Assembly (NCBI GenBank): GCA_020696385.1
Contig: JAEHCQ010000003.1
Span: forward strand, 87,615 to 151,614
Source of the DNA: Methanobacteriota archaeon
GTDB taxonomy: Archaea; Thermoplasmatota; Thermoplasmata; SG8-5; JAGLSY01
Direction: 5' to 3'
Length of the DNA stretch: 64,000 bases
The position numbers were made by a program, and so were the translations under genes. This document shows positions 1 through 8,893 of this stretch, piece by piece. The notes under the pieces are model-generated. The model was given only the letters and a program-made list of their open reading frames with translations, was not told the origin of the DNA and did no database searches. Position 1 is the stretch's first letter, and each line of letters opens with the position of its first letter.

Positions 1-3000
1 CATCATTCATTTCCTGAAGCTCATTGACATTGGTTATCTGATATGGATCACCAGGAGTTCCCGTGCCAGTACCTGTGAAGAAAGGTGCAGGAGTTGGAAT
101 TGGCTGTGAAGCAGTTCCTACATTTGTCTGACCTATCGTGCTAAATGGCGCATTGTAAGTTCCATTTATGAATATTCCATCACCAGTATTTCCGACGATC
201 GTGTTCCTGCTGATATCATTCACAACACCACTGTGGGTTGCGAGATCGTAAAGGTAGAGACCATCGCCATTGTTATTCAATATCATGTTGTTTGTAATAT
301 CAATGTTAACGGAATAGTTGACAGCTATCCCATCATATCCGCTGTTACCGACAGTGTTGTTCCTCACTGGCGTGTCTTGAGCTTCCAATAGCCAGATACC
401 GAAGTGACTGCTATTCCAGACCTCATTGTTCTCCACGGTATTGTTGTGGTGTGGGTTGTCATAAGTTCCGCCATAATCATTCAGAATAGCAATGCCAGTC
501 CAATTGCTGTTCGTGACATTATTTCCAATGATTTTTGTATTGTCTACCTCATATACTCCCCATAACAAACCAATTCCATAGTTCCTGCTATCCGAGATAG
601 TATTGTAAAGTATCTGATGATCGCTACCCTGGCCGAAATAAATACCGTGGCTGTTATTCGTGATATTATTGTATCTAACTATATGCCCCCAGGTATTTCC
701 ACCGCCGATTCCGATCCCACCATTATCATAAACATCATTGTACTGATAAATACCATTGTTAGCATAACTCATATAAGCACCATATATGTCATTGTTATGA
801 ATGGAATTGTTCTCTATGGTATTATAGTTACAACCATAATCATTTCCGATGCCGAAATAATAGTTATCAAATACGTCATTATCCGCTATAACATTGTAAT
901 CTGAATATCTTTCAATATGGATACCACCATCAAAACTGCCCATACCCAGTCCATTGTTGTAGACTGTGTTTTCCCTTACAATATTGTAATCTGTTATACC
1001 AGTGAAAGAATACAGGTTTATGCCGTCCTCGTCATTATCGAAGACGGTGTTATTTGAAACTGTGTTATATCCTGCCTGATAGAGTAATATTCCGTTCTCC
1101 CTTTGCGAGTCAGAGACAGTGTTATTATCAATGATGTTCCATGATCCAGTAGATACCTGAATTCCATTGTATTCACAGAAAGATATCGTATTGTTCAATA
1201 TCATATTGGAGCTCGTGGACTGAACTCGGATTCCATCATAATCGCTGGCTGTTATTATATTACCCTCAATGGTATTTGAGCTTCCAGCAGATATCCTGAT
1301 ACCATGCTGAGATCCGTACATGATATTGTCATACACATGAACATTGGTCACAGTGTCCAGGTTAACACCAGCATCTGCACTTAAGCTGGTTCCGCCATTG
1401 GTGACATTGAATCCAGTTATGTTCACCCAGTTGGACTGGATATCCATAACTTTACCGACTCCACTGCCGTCAATTGTTGTATTGTCCCTGCCAGCTCCCT
1501 GTATTGTCAGGGTCTTGTTGACTATGACATTCTCTGTGTATGTGCCTTCTGCAACAATGATCGTGTGCCCATCCACTGTGTTTGAATCATCAATAGCTTC
1601 CTGGATATCTGAGAATGTATCACCAGTATCGATGTTTTCAACGGGGTCTGCTAAAAATGGCCAGCCACTTGGAGATACCCAGGGGAAGTCGTCCTGGCCA
1701 TTGGTGGAAAAGATGGTGTTCCAGGAACCTGCAGATGTCCATTCAATACCCATGTAAGGCGTGTCGCCTATGCCATCGCCGTTACCATCAGCACCTGCAT
1801 AGTCATCCCAGTAGTTACCACCAGATGGAAGTCCATTATCCCAGAATGGATTGCCGCTGTCAAAGGCATGGAATCCAAGGTTGTTAATGAAATTATTATT
1901 GAAAATGACGGCTCCGATGTTCGGGCCATCCACAGTAATACCATTACCAGCGTTGCCGGAAATGGTATTGTTCTCTATGAAAGCATTATCCATATTAGCT
2001 CCGATATGAATACCATGTTGCAATGTACCAGTTACATTAAATCCAGATATCTCGACATTTGGTGCACCGATATAGAAACCAATATTGTTGACACCCTCGC
2101 CATCAAGAATGGTATTGTCCTTGTTCTCTCCGGTTATGATCAGTTCCTTGTCGATATTGACAGATTCATTGTATGTTCCGGATTCGACAAATATCTCGTG
2201 GCCATCCAATGTCTCAGAAGCATCAATGGCTTCCTGAATGGTCCTGTATGTGAAACCAGTGTCCAAATTACTCACTGGAGTCACCCAATAATTTGCCACC
2301 ATCCAAGGATAAGCATCCGACCCAGTGCCTGGAATCGCTCGTGCTGTGTCTCCAATGCCATCTGAATTCGCATCTACGCCAATATAATCATCCCAATAAT
2401 TACCACCAGTTGGGAGAGATTGAGACCATATTTGGGTGCCAGAGCCTTCGGAGTAAGCATGCATGGCATTACCAATGAAATTATTGTTGTATATCTGGGT
2501 CTGAGGACCTTGTGAATTTGAAATAAAGTATAAATGGATACCGTATTGGCTGGCGCCAGAGATTGTGTTTCCAATTATCCGATTATTGTGGGTGGCACTG
2601 AGATAAATGCCTAATGTGCCGCCAGTGATCGTGTTCGATTCGATGATGTTTCCAATACTTGGAAATCTTTGAATGTACATACCATATGTATTGGATGTGA
2701 ATGTGTTATCCTTAATTGAGGTGTAGGATGATTCCCAATCCCATATGCCTCTTGCATTGCTAGTCATTGTATTATTGTTTATGTCATTGTGATCGGCTCC
2801 CACATATAAGGCAACAGCAGATGAATAACTAGATGTGAATGTATTTCCTGTGATCACATTGTAGGTGGCTCCTTGCAGCAATATACCCTGGCCATTGTCA
2901 TGAATGATATTGTTCTCTATCAAGCAGTGATCGAAATTGTTAATGTAAATTCCACCATTGAGATTATATTGGTATGAATTCTGTATTTTGAGATCCTTCA

Positions 3001-3331
3001 CGGTCACATAGTCTGCCTGTATGTTCACAGTGTGCGTGACTAGGCCACCATCTATGATAGTGGTCAACGGATCCTCTCCCTGAAGTGTGATGGCTTTATC
3101 GATCACCACATTCTCAAAGTATGTTCCCGCACTGACCAGGATCGTATGCCCGTCTAGTGTCTCAGAGGCATCAATAGCCTCCTGGATCGTGTTATAGCCA
3201 AAACCTGTGTCAATATTCTCCACAAGATATAGGGCATTGTCTTCATCTCCAAGATTCATCCCTATAACACTCACTGGCATTATCATCATTACTGCTAATA
3301 CAATTCCTAATATCTGTTGAACTGATCTCAT
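1..3331 (-). CDS. Large secreted parallel beta-helix (CASH/NosD-type) repeat protein, runs off the left edge
   Basis: Absent from the ORF track because it is truncated. ATG at 3331 with GGAGAGGA RBS. Reads MRSVQQILGIVLAVMMIMPV (signal-like), then three modules opening with a TIQEAID-like motif, N/I/G-rich beta-helix repeats and GGNYWDDY motifs. Confidence 0.85.
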   Translation of the reverse strand, partial: MRSVQQILGIVLAVMMIMPVSVIGMNLGDEDNALYLVENIDTGFGYNTIQEAIDASETLDGHTILVSAGTYFENVVIDKAITLQGEDPLTTIIDGGLVTHTVNIQADYVTVKDLKIQNSYQYNLNGGIYINNFDHCLIENNIIHDNGQGILLQGATYNVITGNTFTSSYSSAVALYVGADHNDINNNTMTSNARGIWDWESSYTSIKDNTFTSNTYGMYIQRFPSIGNIIESNTITGGTLGIYLSATHNNRIIGNTISGASQYGIHLYFISNSQGPQTQIYNNNFIGNAMHAYSEGSGTQIWSQSLPTGGNYWDDYIGVDANSDGIGDTARAIPGTGSDAYPWMVANYWVTPVSNLDTGFTYRTIQEAIDASETLDGHEIFVESGTYNESVNIDKELIITGENKDNTILDGEGVNNIGFYIGAPNVEISGFNVTGTLQHGIHIGANMDNAFIENNTISGNAGNGITVDGPNIGAVIFNNNFINNLGFHAFDSGNPFWDNGLPSGGNYWDDYAGADGNGDGIGDTPYMGIEWTSAGSWNTIFSTNGQDDFPWVSPSGWPFLADPVENIDTGDTFSDIQEAIDDSNTVDGHTIIVAEGTYTENVIVNKTLTIQGAGRDNTTIDGSGVGKVMDIQSNWVNITGFNVTNGGTSLSADAGVNLDTVTNVHVYDNIMYGSQHGIRISAGSSNTIEGNIITASDYDGIRVQSTSSNMILNNTISFCEYNGIQVSTGSWNIIDNNTVSDSQRENGILLYQAGYNTVSNNTVFDNDEDGINLYSFTGITDYNIVRENTVYNNGLGMGSFDGGIHIERYSDYNVIADNDVFDNYYFGIGNDYGCNYNTIENNSIHNNDIYGAYMSYANNGIYQYNDVYDNGGIGIGGGNTWGHIVRYNNITNNSHGIYFGQGSDHQILYNTISDSRNYGIGLLWGVYEVDNTKIIGNNVTNSNWTGIAILNDYGGTYDNPHHNNTVENNEVWNSSHFGIWLLEAQDTPVRNNTVGNSGYDGIAVNYSVNIDITNNMILNNNGDGLYLYDLATHSGVVNDISRNTIVGNTGDGIFINGTYNAPFSTIGQTNVGTASQPIPTPAPFFTGTGTGTPGDPYQITNVNELQEMND

Positions 3332-3587
3332 ATTTGTCCTCTCCGATTCATTGTGCACGCAAATCGCGTACCTTAACTCTGTTACAACACGGGATTAACA
3401 GATTATTAATATAGTTATGCACTAATAAAAATAAATATGAATATATGTATATAATGCACCATATAATAATTAACGATGGTTAATGAAACTATTGTAATAA
3501 TAAAATGTTAATTATTATATGCAAAACGCACCATTATTACACCCAATGATGCGGAAAGATAACTAAAAAATAAGATATAAAGCAAAA

Positions 3588-3695
3588 GCGCCGAGGGGGA
3601 GACGAGCAAAGATGTTTCTTTGCGAGCAAGACCAAAAATGTTACATATTCCAGCGATGACTTTTGGTTGTAGTTTTCGAATCGACCCCTCAGCGC
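3588..3695. repeat. Fold-back element containing a duplicated tRNA-Ser 3' end
   Basis: 3582-3602 is identical to 3715-3735 (21 bp). GCGCCGAGGGG (3588) pairs with CCCCTCAGCGC (3685-3695). Internal stems GCAAAGA/TCTTTGC and ACCAAAA/TTTTGGT. Confidence 0.75.
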
Positions 3696-3721
3696 TGGCT
3701 ATCAATATTAAAATGCAAAAG

Positions 3722-3841
3722 CGCCGAGGGGGAGATTCGAACTCCCGAGGTGAAACACCACCGGCTTTCTGACCCAGAAATGAAATGAAATGACATTTCT
3801 GAATTCGAGGCCGGCGCCCTACCGGACTAGACTACCTCGGC
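3722..3841 (-). tRNA. tRNA-Ser(CGA) with a 37-nt intron at position 37/38 (3767-3803)
   Basis: Acceptor GCCGAGG/CCTCGGC plus discriminator G. Anticodon stem CCGGC/GCCGG with CT-CGA-A (3805-3807), long variable arm, GTTCGAATC T-loop. Intron hairpin TTCAGAAATG/CATTTCTGGG. No encoded CCA. Confidence 0.93.
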
Positions 3842-3932
3842 TTTTGGTTTATATATTCAGAGAGGTAGGAAAGTACGGGTTAGGCCCGTGAGTGAAACGT
3901 CAGGGCCGGTTACCGGACTAGACTACCTCGGC
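3842..3932 (-). repeat. Duplicated tRNA-Ser 5' fragment (22 nt) plus a 69-nt structured insert
   Basis: 3911-3932 is identical to 3820-3841. GAGGTAG (3862-3868) pairs with CTACCTC (3923-3929). Internal stems ACGGG/CCCGT and CCGGT/ACCGG. Confidence 0.8.
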
Positions 3933-4028
3933 ATATGCTAAGTTCCCTGTAATATCACCAATTATAAAATCTCACCTATCAAACGAAAAGGTTATTTCTA
4001 TTCCGGCAATACGGGTGTCGGTGAGCCC

Positions 4029-5366
4029 ATGGCCCAGAATAATGAAGAAAAGCAGATGCTGGATTATCTCGGCATAGATTCGGTAGAGAGACTGTTCGAT
4101 GACATACCAGAGCAGGTCAAGGTAGATGGACTTGACCTTCCATGTGGTGTTTCCGAGCTGGAAGTAAAAAGGCAGCTCGGGAAGATACTGAACAGGAATG
4201 TTTCGGTGGACGATATCCCTTCATTCCTCGGCTCTGGAACCTATGATATTTACATCCCTTCAGCAGTGGGCGCGATACTGGGCCGCTCCGAATTTTATTC
4301 ATCCTATACACCTTATCAGCCAGAAACCAGCCAGGGCATGCTGCAATCGATGTTCGAGTACCAATCAATGATGAGCGAATTGACTGGAATGGAAGCAGTC
4401 AACAATTCGATGTATGACTGGGCGACCGCGCTTGGAGAGGCGATTCTTATGTCCGCACGCCTGAAAAAAGGCGGACAGTTCCTTGTTCCTCGTATGATAA
4501 GCGCATCAAAGCGCTCGGTCCTTGACAATTATGTTGATGGGGCCGGGATACAGATCGTGGAAATTGGCCATGATGAGAAGACTGGCCAGTTGGATCTTGA
4601 TGATCTGAAATCGAAGATCACACCTGAAACAATTGGGGCCTATGTGGAATCACCCAATATGTTCGGCGTATTCGAGGAGAAGATGGAGCAATTCAGGGAG
4701 ATACTGGCCGACAGAATAATGGTAGTCGGAGCAAACCCGCTTTCCCTGGCGATCGCAAAACCACCCGGGGAGCACGGGGCGGACATAGTGATAGGCGATG
4801 GCCAGATCTTTGGAAATCCCATGAACTATGGAGGGCCGCATTTGGGCTTTTTCTCTTGTAAGAAAAAGCTGGTCAGAAAGATGCCGGGCAGAATTGTAGG
4901 ATTGACACATGACACTGATGGCCAGCAGGCTTATTGTATGACCCTGCAGACCCGTGAACAGCATATTCGCCGTGAAAAGGCAACATCCAATATCTGCTCC
5001 AATGAAGCATTGACCACACTGGCTGCCGCGGTCTATATGTCATTGAAAGGCGGAAAAGGACTTCAAGAACTGGCCATGGAATTAATGGAGAAGGCCAGTG
5101 CTCTGGGCCAGCGTCTATCGACCATCGAAGGCGTGAGGACACCCTGCTTTGATGGATATTCATTTAATGAGATAACAGTAGAATTACCTGCCTCCGCCAG
5201 TATAATATTTGACGAACTGGCAGAGAGGAATATCATCGGCGGAAAGCCTCTCGCCGATGTGCCCGGAATGGAGAATATGATGGTCTTTGCGGTGACTGAC
5301 AAGACCACGGATGGCGATATAGAGAAGCTGGCTACTGCTCTTAATGAGATACTGGGGGCGATTTGA
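4029..5366 (+). CDS. gcvPA: Glycine dehydrogenase (decarboxylating) subunit 1
   Basis: Motifs YTPYQPETSQG, GGPHLG, LQTREQHIRREKATSNICSN. Confidence 0.97.
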   Translation: MAQNNEEKQMLDYLGIDSVERLFDDIPEQVKVDGLDLPCGVSELEVKRQLGKILNRNVSVDDIPSFLGSGTYDIYIPSAVGAILGRSEFYSSYTPYQPETSQGMLQSMFEYQSMMSELTGMEAVNNSMYDWATALGEAILMSARLKKGGQFLVPRMISASKRSVLDNYVDGAGIQIVEIGHDEKTGQLDLDDLKSKITPETIGAYVESPNMFGVFEEKMEQFREILADRIMVVGANPLSLAIAKPPGEHGADIVIGDGQIFGNPMNYGGPHLGFFSCKKKLVRKMPGRIVGLTHDTDGQQAYCMTLQTREQHIRREKATSNICSNEALTTLAAAVYMSLKGGKGLQELAMELMEKASALGQRLSTIEGVRTPCFDGYSFNEITVELPASASIIFDELAERNIIGGKPLADVPGMENMMVFAVTDKTTDGDIEKLATALNEILGAI

Positions 5367-6851
5367 ATGCGAGAGCAAAGCGATTGCATTCAAGAGCTCG
5401 AGCGAAGTGAGAGGTCCAGATATAGACAGGCAAGGCACGATGAACCACTCATAATGGAGCTGGCGGATATCTGTGTGAATGAACCGATCACTATCAAGCT
5501 CCCGGAACATCTGGCTCGTAAAGATAGATTGAATATACCCTCACTTTCTGAAAGCGAGGTGGTCCGCCATTACACGGTTCTCAGCCAGATGAACTTCGGT
5601 GTGGACAGTGGATTCTATCCACTCGGTTCCTGCACCATGAAATATAATCTCAAGGTATCCGAGGAGATAGCGAATATGGCAAAGGCCAGCATGCTGCACC
5701 CGGACCAACCTGAAGGGATGATACAAGGCACTCTACAGGTCATGCACGAGCTCCAGGAAATGCTCTGTGAGATAGGCGGCATGGACGCTGTCACCCTGCA
5801 ACCAGCGGCTGGAGCTCATGGGGAATTCACTGGCATGCTGATAACCAAAGCATATCACAAGAAAAGAAATGATGACCAGAGAACGGAGGTCATCATGCCC
5901 GACTCAGCTCATGGAACCAACCCGGCCAGTGCGGCAATGGCAGGTTATGATGTCATCACCATTCCGTCGAACAATGGAATGGTGGACCTGGAAGCGCTTG
6001 AGTCCGCGCTTTCAGAAAAGACAGCGGCTTTCATGCTGACCAACCCGAATACATTGGGGATCTTCGAGACCGATGCGGTTAAGATAGCCAGCATGGTTCA
6101 TGATGCCGGGGCTTTGATGTATTATGACGGGGCAAATTTCAATGCCATCATGGGGAAGACATCCCCTGGAAAAATGGGATTCGATATCGTTCATTTCAAT
6201 CTTCACAAGACCTTTGGAACCCCTCATGGCGGTGGCGGACCGGGAGCTGGACCTGTAGGTGTGGTGCAGAAATTGACTGACTTCTTACCAGTGCCAGTCA
6301 TCAAGAAAGATGGCAATTCTTTCAAACTTGATCATGATATACCAGATACCATCGGCAAGGTGCAGGGATATTATGGTAATTGGGCTGTGATCCTCAGAGC
6401 TTACACCTTCATCATACTGCATGGGGGCAATGGCCTGAAGCAGATATCCGAAAGAGCTGTTTTGAATGCGAACTATCTAATGAAAAAAGTGGAAGCCACG
6501 ATGGACATCCCATACCCCGGTTTGAAAAAGCATGAGTTCGTCGCATCTGCCAGTTGCATGAAGGACAGAGGTGTGAGAGCACTTCATATCGGAAAAAGAT
6601 TACTTGATTTCGGTTTCCATTCACCAACGGTATATTTCCCGATGCTTGTGGAAGAAGCACTTATGATCGAGCCCACGGAGAACGCGTCCAAGGCAACACT
6701 GGACGCGTATGCTGACGCACTCACCAGTGCATGCGTGGAAGACCCAGAATTGCTTGCTGGAGCGCCTTATAATACATCTGTTCGGCAGATCAGCGAGAAA
6801 GAAGCTGCGAAGAATCTCATATTATCTTACAAGATGATGAATGTCAAGTAA
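5367..6851 (+). CDS. gcvPB: Glycine dehydrogenase (decarboxylating) subunit 2, with an apparent 15-aa N-terminal insertion
   Basis: Motifs YPLGSCTMKYN, SAHGTNPASA and PLP-lysine NLHKTFGTPHGGGGPG. Coupled to gcvPA by TGAATG. Confidence 0.97.
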   Translation: MREQSDCIQELERSERSRYRQARHDEPLIMELADICVNEPITIKLPEHLARKDRLNIPSLSESEVVRHYTVLSQMNFGVDSGFYPLGSCTMKYNLKVSEEIANMAKASMLHPDQPEGMIQGTLQVMHELQEMLCEIGGMDAVTLQPAAGAHGEFTGMLITKAYHKKRNDDQRTEVIMPDSAHGTNPASAAMAGYDVITIPSNNGMVDLEALESALSEKTAAFMLTNPNTLGIFETDAVKIASMVHDAGALMYYDGANFNAIMGKTSPGKMGFDIVHFNLHKTFGTPHGGGGPGAGPVGVVQKLTDFLPVPVIKKDGNSFKLDHDIPDTIGKVQGYYGNWAVILRAYTFIILHGGNGLKQISERAVLNANYLMKKVEATMDIPYPGLKKHEFVASASCMKDRGVRALHIGKRLLDFGFHSPTVYFPMLVEEALMIEPTENASKATLDAYADALTSACVEDPELLAGAPYNTSVRQISEKEAAKNLILSYKMMNVK

Positions 6852-6872
6852 TGATGGACGATAAATGGAGAT

Positions 6873-6981
6873 CGATCTCCCATAATGGGTGGAAACGAGT
6901 TTCCCATAATGGAGAAGCATATTTCATATATTGAATAGAAGCGGTCTCTCGTAATGGATAGAAGTGAATTTCCAGTAATGA
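6873..6981. repeat. Degenerate 22-24 bp tandem repeat, about 5 units
   Basis: Cores tctcccataatgg (6876), tttcccataatgg (6900), tttcatatattga (6922), tctctcgtaatgg (6945), tttccagtaatga (6969). Confidence 0.55.
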
Positions 6982-7041
6982 TCATGTTGGCTAAGTACAG
7001 AAACATAGTTATATTGACATTACATCCTAACCAGGTCGAGT

Positions 7042-8838
7042 ATGTCAGCAAAGTCAGCCAAGAAATACAGAGAGAGATTGGAAGGCTCCTACAGATTGAT
7101 ACGCATAAAGAAGGTCAAGAGGATGTTCTTTCTCATCCAGATCATCATTGCTATTGCTATCGCATGCGCAATATCATATCTCGACGGAATGAGGTTCGAG
7201 CCCTTCTTTTTCCCTACTGACACTTTCCTTTTCATATCCCTTATTTTCATGGTCGCGATGGCTGGAGAGGGTGTTTATTTCAAAGGAGTGGAGGTGAAGT
7301 TCACAAAATCAAAGAGCCGCCGATTCCTTATAGCCAGGAACTCCATTCGAGCTTCTGGTGTCACGATCATCCTATCTGCATTGTTGATCGCCATGCTATT
7401 ACTTCCATTGACCGATGAATATCTATCAGATACATTCGAGAATGATCTGGAAAATCGGGGTGAGAACATCCCCCTGGACCTTGGACCATATGGAAGTGAT
7501 GATGACACAGCCATGTTCGAATTGGTATCCCATCACCCACTTGGCCTGGTGAGACTTAATAATCTGGTTGTCTCGGTAAATTCTATAGAGACACTGGATC
7601 TTGATATCACCATAAGGAATGAAAAGAGCAGAGACCTCATATCAAGGCCTTTGTACAGTAATCAAGAGAATACCTATGATCTGATCGAATATTCCAGTTC
7701 CAATCTTGAGCTGAATGCCATCATTGAGAACACGGATGATACGACCCCAGCAATTGGAGCCTTCGATTACAGCATAGATTATGGAATGTCCACAACCTTC
7801 ACCTTGTTGATACCCATCATCCTTGTAATCATGGTGATCATCCAGATGGTGTCAATATCCATCATGCTACCACTAAGGGAATTGTACGCTTCCTCTTCCA
7901 TATACAGCAAGAATTATGTACAGGAGAAGGAAGAAGGCGTGGAGAAGATGTCCGAGCGCATGAAGGCTGAAAAACTGGCAAAGCAGAAGGAGGAGGAAGA
8001 ACAAGCCGCTCTGGCAGAGACCATAGATATGGCCGAATTAGAGGCCACACTGGCTCCTCCACCGCCTGTGAAGGTTAAAGAAGCAGATAAAGGCCCGGTC
8101 ACAAAGATGGGCGATCTGGATGCAGATCTCCAAGAAGAGGCGGATATCGCCTGCCCCAAATGTGGGGAATTGAACAGCCCACATGCGGCCATGTGTTTCG
8201 TCTGTGGAAATCCAATGGTGGTCGCCGATACCATAGTGGACATTAATGAGATAATAGCCAGGGGAGAAAATTCCATCATTGCGAAGAAATATGCCGAGGC
8301 TACCAGATTCTTCGATGAGGCCATCAGGCATGATAATACAAATGAGAAGGCCTTGCTAGGAAAGGGTAAGGCCCTGAACCTGGACGGTAAATGGGGAATC
8401 GCCATCCAGTATGTTAATACGGTCGTCAATATGAATCCAAATAATGTGGATGCACTTCTTTTGAAAGGCCAGATACTTGAAGCAAGAGGCAAAACAGAAA
8501 TGGCGCTCGAGATCTATGACAAGATAATGATCATAGACCCGACGATCAAGATAGCGGCTTCCAAGAAAGAGGAGCTGGCTGTGGAAATAGAGGATATGAT
8601 CATCGCCGCGGCAGCAACACAATCTGAGGGTGTGGCAATGACAGGAGATGCCGTGGAAGAGGATGAGCAGGCGGTTGTCGAGTCATTCATGGAACTTCCA
8701 GGTATCGGGCTGGCCAAAGCATCAGCACTTTATCAGGCAGGGTTCACCAATATGAACCAATTAAGATCTGCCAGCGAGGAAGAACTGACAAAGGTAAAGG
8801 GCATCAGCGCAAGACTGGCAAAGAAGATCAAAGGATAG
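7042..8838 (+). CDS. Multi-TM membrane protein with zinc ribbon, TPR repeats and a C-terminal helix-hairpin-helix domain
   Basis: Four hydrophobic segments, CPKC...CFVC, TPR-like helices, LPGIGLAKA...VKGISARLA HhH. Confidence 0.8.
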   Translation: MSAKSAKKYRERLEGSYRLIRIKKVKRMFFLIQIIIAIAIACAISYLDGMRFEPFFFPTDTFLFISLIFMVAMAGEGVYFKGVEVKFTKSKSRRFLIARNSIRASGVTIILSALLIAMLLLPLTDEYLSDTFENDLENRGENIPLDLGPYGSDDDTAMFELVSHHPLGLVRLNNLVVSVNSIETLDLDITIRNEKSRDLISRPLYSNQENTYDLIEYSSSNLELNAIIENTDDTTPAIGAFDYSIDYGMSTTFTLLIPIILVIMVIIQMVSISIMLPLRELYASSSIYSKNYVQEKEEGVEKMSERMKAEKLAKQKEEEEQAALAETIDMAELEATLAPPPPVKVKEADKGPVTKMGDLDADLQEEADIACPKCGELNSPHAAMCFVCGNPMVVADTIVDINEIIARGENSIIAKKYAEATRFFDEAIRHDNTNEKALLGKGKALNLDGKWGIAIQYVNTVVNMNPNNVDALLLKGQILEARGKTEMALEIYDKIMIIDPTIKIAASKKEELAVEIEDMIIAAAATQSEGVAMTGDAVEEDEQAVVESFMELPGIGLAKASALYQAGFTNMNQLRSASEEELTKVKGISARLAKKIKG

Positions 8839-8893
8839 TTTTTATAAAGATAAGAATAAGAATATTGGCTATTATATCATATACAAGTATTGC

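Noticed and set aside
617-2574. Short ORFs in the track
   Set aside because: Shadow frames of the long minus-strand beta-helix CDS 1-3331.
3842-3932. Second or split tRNA, or hammerhead ribozyme
   Set aside because: No anticodon or T arm after nt 22, no trans-splicing leader, and no complete CUGANGA/GAAA core in the correct order.
6873-6981. Mini-CRISPR
   Set aside because: Units are contiguous and degenerate, with no spacers.
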